Shown in pieces: positions 8,795-17,448 of a stretch of DNA of 33,263 nt. The DNA comes from an uncultured Flavobacteriales bacterium. GTDB lineage: Bacteria > Bacteroidota > Bacteroidia > Flavobacteriales > Schleiferiaceae. The stretch is from contig CAIJMB010000004.1 in NCBI GenBank assembly GCA_903821715.1, positions 1 through 33,263 on the forward strand, read 5' to 3'. The notes under the pieces were generated by a model that was given only the letters and a program-made list of their open reading frames with translations, had not been told where the DNA came from and did no database searches. The position numbers and the translations under genes were made by a program. Position 1 is the first letter of the stretch. Every line of letters starts with the position of its first letter.

Positions 8795-10626
8795 ATCGGA
8801 GTCGAATTCTGCCCATCGGAGTGCTCGCGGTACTCGTACTTTTTATACTTCGCCTGATCAACATCCAGCTAATCGATACGCGCTACACCCTCGACGCCGC
8901 AAACAATGCGCAGCGAATAGAGAAGATTTATGCTCCGCGTGGCTTAATGCGGGACCGCAACGGAACAGTCCTCGCTACCAACCAAATCGCTTTTGACGTC
9001 GAAGTTATCGCCAGCCGACTCAGCAATCTTGATACTGTTGCACTCGCCCGGGTGCTCGGAGAACCCTTGGCTTCAATTCGCAAGCAGCTCAAAAAGGCTT
9101 TGATCCAGGGTCGGTACCGCCCATTTGCTATTCTCAGAGGGCTCACTGTCAAAGATTACGCATCAATTCAAGAGCAAATAGCAATGTTTGAGGGAGTACA
9201 ACTCCGCAAGCGCAGCTTTCGCAAATACCCGATGCCCATTGGCGGAAACGTAATGGGTTATGTGGGCGAGGTAAACGATTACCTGATGACGCGTCACCCA
9301 GAGTACGACCTTGGCGACTACCTCGGTATTTCGGGAATTGAAGCTTCCTATGAAACGGAACTACGAGGAATCGCCGGTAAGCGCTACATCACCGTCGACA
9401 ATCGAAACCGCGACGTGGGATCCTTTGCAAAGGGGCGATACGACGAGCAACCCGCAATGGGTGCAGAACTTCAGCTAACCTTGGACGCCGAACTTCAGGC
9501 CTTAGCTGAAGAGTTGATGCGCGGCAAACGAGGAAGTATTGTGGCCATCGAGCCCTCTACTGGCGAAATTCTTGCGTTGGTTTCATCACCCGCCTATGAC
9601 CCCAATGCCCTCGTGGGGCGTTACCGTTCGCGCAACTATACCATTTTGTATCGGGATTCGGTGAATAAACCCTTGTACGACCGCGCCGTTTTGGCAGAGT
9701 ACCCTCCAGGATCGCCATTTAAGATCTTGAATGCACTAATTGCCCTTCAAGAAGGGGTAGTCCAAGAGGAAACCCAGTACACTTGTATCGATGGATACCA
9801 TTTTGGCTCACTTCACGTAGGATGCCACTGCAAAGCCGGCACTCTTGATTTGCGTGGTTCCATTGCCAAGAGCTGTAACAACTACCATTGCCAGATTTTC
9901 AAGCGAGTACTGGACAAGTACCCTACAGCAAGCCTTGGAATTGATGCGTGGAGTGATCACGTGAAAAGTTTTGGACTCGGGGACTTTTTGGGTGTTGACC
10001 TGCCCACAGGTCGCAAAGGATTTGTTCCGACTGGGGAATACTTTAACAAGGTGTACCGCACGGACCGCTGGAAATCTCCAACTGTGATTTCGCTGGCAAT
10101 AGGCCAGGGTGAGCTCCTCGTGACGCCCATCCAACTCGCGAACATGGCCGCTGCTGTCGCCAACCGCGGCTGGTGGATTCGGCCGCACCTTGTGCGAAGT
10201 ATTGACGGCACGCCCAATCCCAATCCGGAATTCTCTAAAGTACATCGCACCACGATTGACCCTCAGAACTTTGAGGTAATTATCGCAGGAATGAACGATG
10301 TATTTGAATCCGGTACTGCACGCGCCTCTCGCCTCGAAGGTCTTCTCATGGCGGGAAAGACCGGTACCGCTCAAAATCCGCACGGTCAAGACCACTCAAT
10401 TTTCACTGCGTTTGCGCCCCTGGACAAGCCCCAAATTGCACTTGCAATTATTGTTGAAAATGGGTACTGGGGATCGCGTTGGGCCGCCCCCATCGCCAGT
10501 TTGATGATGGAATCCTACCTCAATGACACAATTACACGTCCCGATCTCTATCGGAGAATGGTTGAAGGCAGCTTAACTGGCGAGTACCGAGTCAACCAAG
10601 TGGAAACCGAACTACCCCCGTACTGA
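8791..10626 (+). CDS. mrdA: Penicillin-binding protein 2 (elongasome transpeptidase)
   Basis: 611 aa. PBP dimerisation domain plus transpeptidase motifs PGSPFK (SxxK), KSCNNY (close to SxN) and KTGTAQ (KTG). Confidence 0.9.
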   Translation: MNRSRILPIGVLAVLVLFILRLINIQLIDTRYTLDAANNAQRIEKIYAPRGLMRDRNGTVLATNQIAFDVEVIASRLSNLDTVALARVLGEPLASIRKQLKKALIQGRYRPFAILRGLTVKDYASIQEQIAMFEGVQLRKRSFRKYPMPIGGNVMGYVGEVNDYLMTRHPEYDLGDYLGISGIEASYETELRGIAGKRYITVDNRNRDVGSFAKGRYDEQPAMGAELQLTLDAELQALAEELMRGKRGSIVAIEPSTGEILALVSSPAYDPNALVGRYRSRNYTILYRDSVNKPLYDRAVLAEYPPGSPFKILNALIALQEGVVQEETQYTCIDGYHFGSLHVGCHCKAGTLDLRGSIAKSCNNYHCQIFKRVLDKYPTASLGIDAWSDHVKSFGLGDFLGVDLPTGRKGFVPTGEYFNKVYRTDRWKSPTVISLAIGQGELLVTPIQLANMAAAVANRGWWIRPHLVRSIDGTPNPNPEFSKVHRTTIDPQNFEVIIAGMNDVFESGTARASRLEGLLMAGKTGTAQNPHGQDHSIFTAFAPLDKPQIALAIIVENGYWGSRWAAPIASLMMESYLNDTITRPDLYRRMVEGSLTGEYRVNQVETELPPY

Positions 10627-11912
10627 TGCAGCGACAAACTACCACTGATCCACTTGTAGGTAAACTTGACCAACTCAGTGTGGGACTTGTCGCATTTTTA
10701 GTCCTATTCGGTTGGATTAATATTTTTGCCACAGTAAGTCCAATGGACGATACCTGGGCCTGGAGTTGGTCCAACGAGGCTGGAAAGCAATTGAGCTTCA
10801 TTGGCCTTGCGGGGGTGCTGGTGCTTTTGGTTCTTTTGTCGGATGCACGCCTATTTGAAGTGCTTTCATGGGTTGTTTACGCCCTATCCATTGTTCTACT
10901 GCTTGCCGTACTGGCCGTTGGAGTCGAACGCGGAGGCAACAAATCATGGCTGAGTCTCGGATCTTTTGGCCTTCAACCATCGGAATTTGCCAAACTCGGA
11001 ACGGCGCTTGTTCTTGCCCGTGTCCTTGGAAGAAGTCCTGACGGCCTTAAGGCATGGCGGTCTCGGTGGCTTCCTATGGCCGTTGTGGCGCTGCCCATGC
11101 TCCTCATTCTCTTGCAACCTGATGCAGGTTCAGCCTTAGTTTTTGCGTCGTTCTTGCTGGTGTTTTACTTCGCTGGCCTTCCTGGATTCTACCTCTTCGG
11201 TGCGTTGGGTGTGGTAGCCCTCTCGATTCTCTCACTAGCCCTCACCCCATCTACCGTACATTGGATCATTGGCGGAACCGTGGTCTTAAGTCTCGCCGCG
11301 ACGCGAATCCGTACCCGTCTAAATTTTGTGCGGTTTGTAAAGCATCCCGCTATTTGGTTGGGGCTCGGTGCTTTGCTTTGGTCTGGGGCGGTACAGCAAG
11401 TCTTTGATCAGGTACTTAAGCCGCACCAGCAAATTCGCATCAAACTCCTTTTAGGTCAAGTAGACGACCCTAGTGCCGCGGGCTACCAAACCGCACAATC
11501 ACTCATTGCCATTGGCTCTGGTGGATTATTTGGAAAAGGCTACATGAACGGAACCCAAACCCGATTGCGATTTGTTCCGGAACAAACCACTGACTACATT
11601 TTTTGTACCGTGGGCGAAGAATGGGGCTTTATTGGGTCCCTCATCGTGCTCGGTGCGTTCGCTGGACTCATTATTCGCATCACGCTGCTGGCCCAACGTC
11701 AAAAGCACGCCTTTGGAATGTACTATGGACTGGCTGTAGCAAGCATTTTATTTGTTCACTTCACAGTAAACATTGGAATGACACTGGGTATGATGCCCGT
11801 TATCGGGATTCCGCTGCCGTTCTTTAGCTACGGAGGCTCATCCCTCTGGGCATTCAGCCTAATGGTGTTTGTGTTCTTGCGCTGGGACGCGTACCGCTGG
11901 GAAAGCCTCTAA
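10626..11912 (+). CDS. rodA: SEDS-family peptidoglycan glycosyltransferase RodA
   Basis: 428 aa. LQPSEFAKL, LQPDAGSAL, PEQTTDYIF and GIPLPFFSYGGSS are FtsW/RodA/SpoVE signatures. The ATG shares 1 nt with the mrdA TGA. Confidence 0.9.
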   Translation: MQRQTTTDPLVGKLDQLSVGLVAFLVLFGWINIFATVSPMDDTWAWSWSNEAGKQLSFIGLAGVLVLLVLLSDARLFEVLSWVVYALSIVLLLAVLAVGVERGGNKSWLSLGSFGLQPSEFAKLGTALVLARVLGRSPDGLKAWRSRWLPMAVVALPMLLILLQPDAGSALVFASFLLVFYFAGLPGFYLFGALGVVALSILSLALTPSTVHWIIGGTVVLSLAATRIRTRLNFVRFVKHPAIWLGLGALLWSGAVQQVFDQVLKPHQQIRIKLLLGQVDDPSAAGYQTAQSLIAIGSGGLFGKGYMNGTQTRLRFVPEQTTDYIFCTVGEEWGFIGSLIVLGAFAGLIIRITLLAQRQKHAFGMYYGLAVASILFVHFTVNIGMTLGMMPVIGIPLPFFSYGGSSLWAFSLMVFVFLRWDAYRWESL

Positions 11913-11926
11913 GGGCTTTTCGCCGT

Positions 11927-13999
11927 CTAGTAGAACAGACCGCGGTTGTCGCTAACCTTCGCGGATCCCAACAACGATTGAAGCAGCATTCGCTGAGCAT
12001 TGCCAGCTAAACGATTGTTCTCGGCAGCCATGTCGGCAGCAGTCAAATTGGCCGCAGAATTAAAGGTATTTACCACTTTAAATCGGTAGACTCCATTGCT
12101 GCCCTCGATGATCTCTGACTGAGTTCCAACTTTGCTTCCGGCAGCCATACCAACTACTTTGGGCTCACGTCCGTTGGTCAAGAATGGCGAGGCAAGAGTG
12201 ACGTTAGCTGGAGCCCAGTTAAGTTGTTTGGTCTTAGCCATCCGGTCGGCCAGCACGCGAACCTTGGCGCGATTCAGAGCAAGTGCCTTAAGGTCATCCT
12301 TAACCGCATCAAGAGGCTTGTAACCCTCTTCAAAGGCCCCAGTCACGTACACGACCGAGTAGGACTTATAGTTATTGTTCACGACACTCACGTCGCCAAC
12401 CTCACGGTCTTCGTTGAACATCCAACGGACCACTTCGCGACCGTCCGAAAGCCCCATTACAGAAGCATCGGTTGCAGTCACATTGCGAGCAGGAAGCATT
12501 GAAACTCCAAGTTGGGCCGCAGCAGCTTGGGGCTCTTTGCCCTCTTGGATGGCCTTGGCTAGGGCACTAGCCTGAGCGTAGATCTTTTGCTCGGTCACCG
12601 GACTCACGTCAATACGGCGAACAATCTCGGCCAAACGAACAGCTGGACGCGAACCCTTTTGACCCGTAACCTCTACGAGGTGAAATCCAAACTCGGTCTC
12701 TACCATATCAAAGCTTCCGGTGCGGCGCTCAAAACAGAACTGCTCGAATGCTGGCGTCATCATTCCTGGTTTGAACCAGCCCAGGTCACCACCCTTAGAT
12801 GCTGCCACTACGTCACTGCTCAACGCTTCGCTGGCAGCGGCAAAGGACGCTCCTCCCTTGATTGCAGTGAGCAGGCTATCGGCTAGTTTCTTCGCATCTT
12901 GGTAACTGCGCTGGGCACTTGAACGTTCCGAACCGGCGTAACCAATCAAGATATGTTTTGCGCGAACCGAATCAGGTAGCGAAGCTCGGCTCATCACCTT
13001 TACGAGTCGGTAGGAATCGCCATCTTGAATAGGTCCACCGACAAAGCCCACGGACATACCTTGAATCGCCTCAAGGATTGTGGGATTAAGCGTAGACTCT
13101 GGACGTAGACTTGGGGTTGAAAAAACGTCACTGTTCGCTGCAGCGAAGGCACTGTCGTCCGAAGAAGCACCGAAGTCCGAAGCTAACGTGCTCAATTCGA
13201 GTTTCACCTTGGCCAAATCTTCATCGCTTGGAATAAGAGGAAAGTCCGCCACGAAGCCATCGCGAACGGGCTTGGTAAGCTTGAAACTCGATTGGTACTC
13301 AGCGTACACCGCTTTGTAGTCGGCGTCGGTAGCCTCGACACTGCTGTCAGAGACTTCAGATACCGACATGGAGGCAATTTCGAGTTGAATTTGGCGGTTA
13401 TTCCGCGAATTGAGTGCGTTCTGAAGAGATAGGGGCATTCTCATTCCCGCAGAAACCGCATCGTAAATTTTGTTGCTAAGGCTTTGGTTCTTGATGTCAT
13501 TCTCAAACGCTACCCAACTTTCGTACTGGGCAGCAGCTTCAGGAGACTGCTCGCGCTGGTCGCGCAAGTTTTGAAGTGCACTGCGCAATAAGTCAGGGCG
13601 AAAGGCGCCGGTGCTCGGATCTTGAAGACCTGGCATTTGCTGAACTGAAGGGTTCAACTCGATTACACGACGTAACTCCTCGTCGGTCACCACAAATCCC
13701 AATTCTGCCATGGGTTCGACCAATAGCTTTTCATTGAGGAGGTTGTTCCACACCATTTCACTGATTTGGAGCGGAGATGCTTGAGCATATTGTGGATTTT
13801 GGCGAAGCTCTTCTACATCTTTGTTAAACTCGATGTAGGATATTTTCGTGCCATCAATGCGTCCGACGGCGTCTTTGTCGCCTTGAAAAAGCACGTTTCC
13901 TGAGGTTAAAAAGTCTGTCAAAATAAAGGCAATCAGCGAAATACCGATTACTGACACGACTAAGCCTGAGCGGCTGCGAATAGCTTCAAAAAGTCCCAT
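11927..13999 (-). CDS. PpiD-like periplasmic peptidyl-prolyl isomerase (SurA-N-like region plus parvulin domain), membrane anchored
   Basis: The ORF track begins at 14038. I prefer the ATG at 13999 (MGLFEAIRSRSGLVVSVIGISLIAFILTDFL), which gives the usual short cytoplasmic tail plus TM anchor. Parvulin motif: AKHILIGY...GGDLGWFKPGMMTPAFE...FGFHLVEV. Confidence 0.8.
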   Translation of the reverse strand: MGLFEAIRSRSGLVVSVIGISLIAFILTDFLTSGNVLFQGDKDAVGRIDGTKISYIEFNKDVEELRQNPQYAQASPLQISEMVWNNLLNEKLLVEPMAELGFVVTDEELRRVIELNPSVQQMPGLQDPSTGAFRPDLLRSALQNLRDQREQSPEAAAQYESWVAFENDIKNQSLSNKIYDAVSAGMRMPLSLQNALNSRNNRQIQLEIASMSVSEVSDSSVEATDADYKAVYAEYQSSFKLTKPVRDGFVADFPLIPSDEDLAKVKLELSTLASDFGASSDDSAFAAANSDVFSTPSLRPESTLNPTILEAIQGMSVGFVGGPIQDGDSYRLVKVMSRASLPDSVRAKHILIGYAGSERSSAQRSYQDAKKLADSLLTAIKGGASFAAASEALSSDVVAASKGGDLGWFKPGMMTPAFEQFCFERRTGSFDMVETEFGFHLVEVTGQKGSRPAVRLAEIVRRIDVSPVTEQKIYAQASALAKAIQEGKEPQAAAAQLGVSMLPARNVTATDASVMGLSDGREVVRWMFNEDREVGDVSVVNNNYKSYSVVYVTGAFEEGYKPLDAVKDDLKALALNRAKVRVLADRMAKTKQLNWAPANVTLASPFLTNGREPKVVGMAAGSKVGTQSEIIEGSNGVYRFKVVNTFNSAANLTAADMAAENNRLAGNAQRMLLQSLLGSAKVSDNRGLFY

Positions 14000-14058
14000 A
14001 CCTTGTGTAAATAAGGTCGCGAATATACAAATTAGCAACCGGTTGGCGACGCACTTAT

Positions 14059-15294
14059 TTAGTCATCGCGCCGCACGCGAACCTGTTTGACGCGCTGTGC
14101 TTCCATACTTTCAACTTCAAGCCGCCAAGGGCCGACAACTACAACCTCTCCGGGCTCGGGCAACTTGCCTCCAAGGTCCGTGATTAATCCCCCCAGGGTG
14201 GTAAATCGTTCGGACTCAGGCCACTCAAATCCATATGCATCGTTGAGGTAATCAACCTCAAGTCGTGCATCCAGGCGGTATTCATCCTCACCGAGCACTT
14301 GCTCCACTAGGCTGTCTTGATCGTGTTCGTCGTCAATTTCACCGAACAATTCTTCGATGATGTCTTCGAGGGTTAGTATTCCGACTAAGTCGCCCAAATC
14401 ATCGACAACAAGGGCCATGCTTCGCTTTTCGCGAATCAATTGATGAAAGACATCTTGAGCATTCATCGCTTCAGGTACAAACGACAATGGCGTGAGCACA
14501 CTTCGCAGGCTCTTAGGCTGCTTGAACAGTTCAAACTGATGCACATACGCAAAGGCATCGTCCAAACTCTCGCGGTACACAACTAATCGACTGTAGCCCG
14601 TCGCTACAAACGTGGACTTGAGGTCCTCAAGACTGATGCTCAACGGCACCGCGACAATTTCAGGTCGAGGAACCATACACGAGCGCACCTTGACCTCTGC
14701 AAAGTCGAGCGCATTGCGAAACAACTCAACTTCAGGTTCTTGAATGTGCTGTTGGCTCGCTTCATCTACCAAATGGTTGAGGTCCGATAGTCCAAATACC
14801 CGTGCAGACGGAGCTGACTGTGGATCAGCACCCAATCGTCTCAAAATGAAGGCACTAAAGTGACCCAAGAGCCATGTGATTGGCCAGAAAAGAATATAGA
14901 AAATTCCAGAAGGAACCACAACCCACTTAAACGCAGCGTTGGCTTGCTCACGAAAGAGCGCCTTAGGGATGTACTCTGCTAAGAACAATACGACAATGGT
15001 AGAAACGAGCGTTTCCGTAAGTACCGCGAGCGGAACCTGCATAAACTTAAGCAGGAACGGATGAAGGAGTTGAGATGTTTGGGCTCCAACCACTACGAGC
15101 GCAAGCGTGTTACCAACGAGCATCGTGACGATAAAGCGCTGAGGATGCTGCATCCAATGCGTCACCCAAAACGGAATCGTTTTGCGCTTGAGGTCAATTT
15201 CAAGTTGAAGGCGATTGGCCGACAAAAACGCAATCTCAGACCCAGAAAAGAACGCCGATGCGACCAGCGCCACCAAAAGGATGATGGCACTCAT
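14059..15294 (-). CDS. CNNM/CorC/hemolysin-family membrane protein (DUF21 plus CBS pair plus CorC_HlyC)
   Basis: 411 aa. N-terminal 4-TM DUF21 (FFSGSEIAFLSAN), a CBS pair (MVPRPEIVAV...ALVVDDLGDLVGILTLEDIIEELFGEIDDEHD) and a C-terminal transporter-associated domain. Confidence 0.85.
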   Translation of the reverse strand: MSAIILLVALVASAFFSGSEIAFLSANRLQLEIDLKRKTIPFWVTHWMQHPQRFIVTMLVGNTLALVVVGAQTSQLLHPFLLKFMQVPLAVLTETLVSTIVVLFLAEYIPKALFREQANAAFKWVVVPSGIFYILFWPITWLLGHFSAFILRRLGADPQSAPSARVFGLSDLNHLVDEASQQHIQEPEVELFRNALDFAEVKVRSCMVPRPEIVAVPLSISLEDLKSTFVATGYSRLVVYRESLDDAFAYVHQFELFKQPKSLRSVLTPLSFVPEAMNAQDVFHQLIREKRSMALVVDDLGDLVGILTLEDIIEELFGEIDDEHDQDSLVEQVLGEDEYRLDARLEVDYLNDAYGFEWPESERFTTLGGLITDLGGKLPEPGEVVVVGPWRLEVESMEAQRVKQVRVRRDD

Positions 15295-15491
15295 GATTGG
15301 GATTCTTGGCTACTCCGAATCCGTTGGCGTCGGCGCCAGTAGGCCATGCCCAATGCAAGAATCACAAAACCAACGAATAAGAGCGCACGTGTTGGATCGC
15401 TTGTGCGCAAAGACCACGCAGATTCCGCCGAGAGTACGGCGACGACATAATACATCCACTCCATTGTTCTAAGGCTGCGAGCTGGCTTCAT
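15291..15491 (-). CDS. Hypothetical 66-aa membrane protein
   Basis: ATG-initiated, with its stop overlapping the CNNM gene start (ATGA). Two hydrophobic stretches (YYVVAVLSA, LLFVGFVILALGMAYW) are followed by a basic tail. A perfect TAATTTTG box sits 4 nt upstream. I recognise no homology. Confidence 0.35.
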   Translation of the reverse strand: MKPARSLRTMEWMYYVVAVLSAESAWSLRTSDPTRALLFVGFVILALGMAYWRRRQRIRSSQESQS

Positions 15492-15495
15492 GGTT

Positions 15496-15503
15496 CAAAA
15501 TTA
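15496..15503 (-). promoter_or_regulatory. -7 promoter box (TAATTTTG) 4 nt upstream of the 66-aa ORF ATG
   Basis: The reverse strand reads TAATTTTG-aacc-ATG inside the 16-nt gap after the lptC-like stop. Confidence 0.45.
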
Positions 15504-15507
15504 CCTT

Positions 15508-16050
15508 TTAATTTCTGTCCGCGCTGCCGGACACTTCAAAAATGCTGTAGGTCGATAGGTCGTCCTGGGCCTCGAAGCCGGTGCCACTTAAGGTTTGACC
15601 CTCTTCGCGAATTTCAACCCAGCTATCGCCATAGACTCTACCCTCTTCCCGATTCCAAAAAAGGGATTGAGTTCGCAATGTTTTACGATCCCCTGTGCGG
15701 ATTAGGACATTGCCCTGGAGTTCCCAAACTCGCTCTTTGACGTCCCGTATGATTCGGTCGGCTATCATTTCGGTTCCCGTAGCACGCTTACCAACCCATT
15801 GGCTTGCTCGAACGTTACCACTGAAGAGTTCTCTCGTGGGGTTGTTGGCCGTTCGTTCCTCTTCCCAACGGTCGGATTGAAGCTTCCATTGCACCTCGCT
15901 CGTATCAGCGTACACTACAGAAATACCATATTGAATAGTGGCCGGACCCTGTGGTTGGGCACGAACGCGCTGAACGTCGTGGGCGTCGTTGCGGCACGAA
16001 GCCACGACGACGCCCACCGCCAGAATTAGCCCGAATTTAGTAGCGGACAA
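15508..16050 (-). CDS. lptC: LptC-like (OstA-fold) lipoprotein of the LPS export pathway
   Basis: The C-terminal ~180 aa of the 296-aa track ORF. A proposed TTG start at 16050 gives (M)SATKFGLILAVGVVVASC, a lipoprotein signal with a lipobox Cys. The body (FSGNVRA...ADRIIRD...WELQGNVLIRTGDRKTLRTQSLFWNREEGRVYGDSWVEIREEGQTLSGTGFEAQDDLSTYSIFEVSG) follows the Bacteroidota LptC pattern as I recall it. The upstream part of the track ORF overlaps the TPR gene and is Arg/Ser-rich nonsense. Confidence 0.6.
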   Translation of the reverse strand: MSATKFGLILAVGVVVASCRNDAHDVQRVRAQPQGPATIQYGISVVYADTSEVQWKLQSDRWEEERTANNPTRELFSGNVRASQWVGKRATGTEMIADRIIRDVKERVWELQGNVLIRTGDRKTLRTQSLFWNREEGRVYGDSWVEIREEGQTLSGTGFEAQDDLSTYSIFEVSGSADRN

Positions 16051-17446
16051 CCACGCGCTCGTTAATCCAACATCCGACGGTGTAGGTATCTCCGTCTTTG
16101 AATCCGAATTGGAAGGCAATCGACTTGTCGGGCACTCCCTTGCGGAAGGCAGCCGCCAGCTTCTCGGCGCGCGGTGCAAGGTCAGGCTGAACGGAAGCCG
16201 CACGATTGGCCATGTTGATCGCCGCCCAGTACACCGCATTCTTTTCAAATGCATTGCTTCCGCATGTGCCCGCCGCTTGAGCATACAGCGAAGCAAGGTA
16301 CAAGAAGGGCTCACCTGACTCAGAATTCTGCTTGGCTGACTCAAGGCATGCGCGCTTCGCTTCTGAAGACTGCCCCAATTTGTCGCTGACGTAGGCAATC
16401 TTCATCCAATCCTTTGCCCGCTTCTTAGGGTCAACTTCCTGGCGAATGGCGTCCTCAAAATACTTCTTGGCGTCTGCCCACTTACCATTCTTCACACTCA
16501 ATTGGCCCATAGAGCGAGCTGCCTGAGCAGAAGGTTCAAGTGCGTACAACGCAGAAGCCGCCTTGAAGTACACCGGATTGTCTGTGCAGTCGGTGGCACC
16601 CGACGTGTCCTGACGCTCTTTCGAGAGCATCTTTACTGCGCGAATCAACCACGATTTGTCGTTCTTGTTGAGGGCAAATGTGGAATCACTGTAGATCAAC
16701 GTCAAGCGATCACAAGTGAGCAAGGGAGCAATACCTTTTTCGATGTTGGCTACCAACTTTTCGGACTGAGCCAGCAACTTCACATTGATATCCAATGAGC
16801 GCTTCTCTCGCTCGGTAATGGTACCAGTTGTGTCTTTTGCCGTAAGTTCTGCAATAAGTACGTTGCGATCGTTGGACTGAAGTTCAATGGCTTCAGCCAC
16901 GTCGTTGAATCCGTCAAGAAGACCCTCTGACTTCAGGACCTCATCCTTGTACAGCTTGATTACCACATTGAAGTAGTTGTTCAAGTACGATGGTTGTATG
17001 GCTTTGGGATCGAGATTAAAGGCCACCTTGTACATTTCGTAGGCCTTTTTGGCGCTATCGGGATAGTAGGTCCAAAAATCATCCGCTTTTTGAGCAAGAA
17101 CTTCGGCTTCCTTACCAGGAAAGTACGTATTGCGCTTGTCGTAGCTTGAAAGAAGCAGACGAATCAGTGCCTCTTTAGCGGCTGGGTCGGTCGTGGCTTT
17201 GATTTTAGCCTCAATGATTTTGGGAGCAAATCGGTAGACGACATCTGTTGCTGAGGGGCACGTTTCATAAACCACTTTCCATGGCTCGTAAGCTTCTGCG
17301 TAGGCCTTCGTATTGTAGAGCGATCCAAATTCATTGTACTTCTCAAAGCAGACCAATGAGTCAGTTTGAGATTTACCCCACTTGGCTTGAGCAAAGCTGG
17401 GAACGAGGCCAACTGCTAAGAATAGAGAAAAGATGATACGCTTCAT
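16037..17446 (-). CDS. Secreted TPR-like helical-repeat protein of unknown function
   Basis: The track start at 17452 is a TTG. The ATG at 17446 gives MKRIIFSLFLAVGLVPSFAQA, a clean signal peptide. The remainder is helical-repeat-like (AYEMYKVAFNLDP, KYFEDAIRQEVDP, YLASLYAQAAG). Confidence 0.7.
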   Translation of the reverse strand: MKRIIFSLFLAVGLVPSFAQAKWGKSQTDSLVCFEKYNEFGSLYNTKAYAEAYEPWKVVYETCPSATDVVYRFAPKIIEAKIKATTDPAAKEALIRLLLSSYDKRNTYFPGKEAEVLAQKADDFWTYYPDSAKKAYEMYKVAFNLDPKAIQPSYLNNYFNVVIKLYKDEVLKSEGLLDGFNDVAEAIELQSNDRNVLIAELTAKDTTGTITEREKRSLDINVKLLAQSEKLVANIEKGIAPLLTCDRLTLIYSDSTFALNKNDKSWLIRAVKMLSKERQDTSGATDCTDNPVYFKAASALYALEPSAQAARSMGQLSVKNGKWADAKKYFEDAIRQEVDPKKRAKDWMKIAYVSDKLGQSSEAKRACLESAKQNSESGEPFLYLASLYAQAAGTCGSNAFEKNAVYWAAINMANRAASVQPDLAPRAEKLAAAFRKGVPDKSIAFQFGFKDGDTYTVGCWINERVVVRY

Positions 17447-17448
17447 AA

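Noticed and set aside
11902-11919. Hairpin AAAGCC-tctaag-GGCTTT between convergent rodA and the PpiD-like gene, as a possible terminator.
   Set aside because: The stem is only 6 bp with a short, interrupted T tract, and it overlaps the rodA stop codon. This is too weak to call.
14059-15294. Calling the CNNM/CorC protein the gliding-motility protein GldE.
   Set aside because: GldE belongs to the same family, but nothing in the sequence or context (lptC and ppiD neighbours, no gldD) distinguishes it from the generic hemolysin/CorC paralogue.
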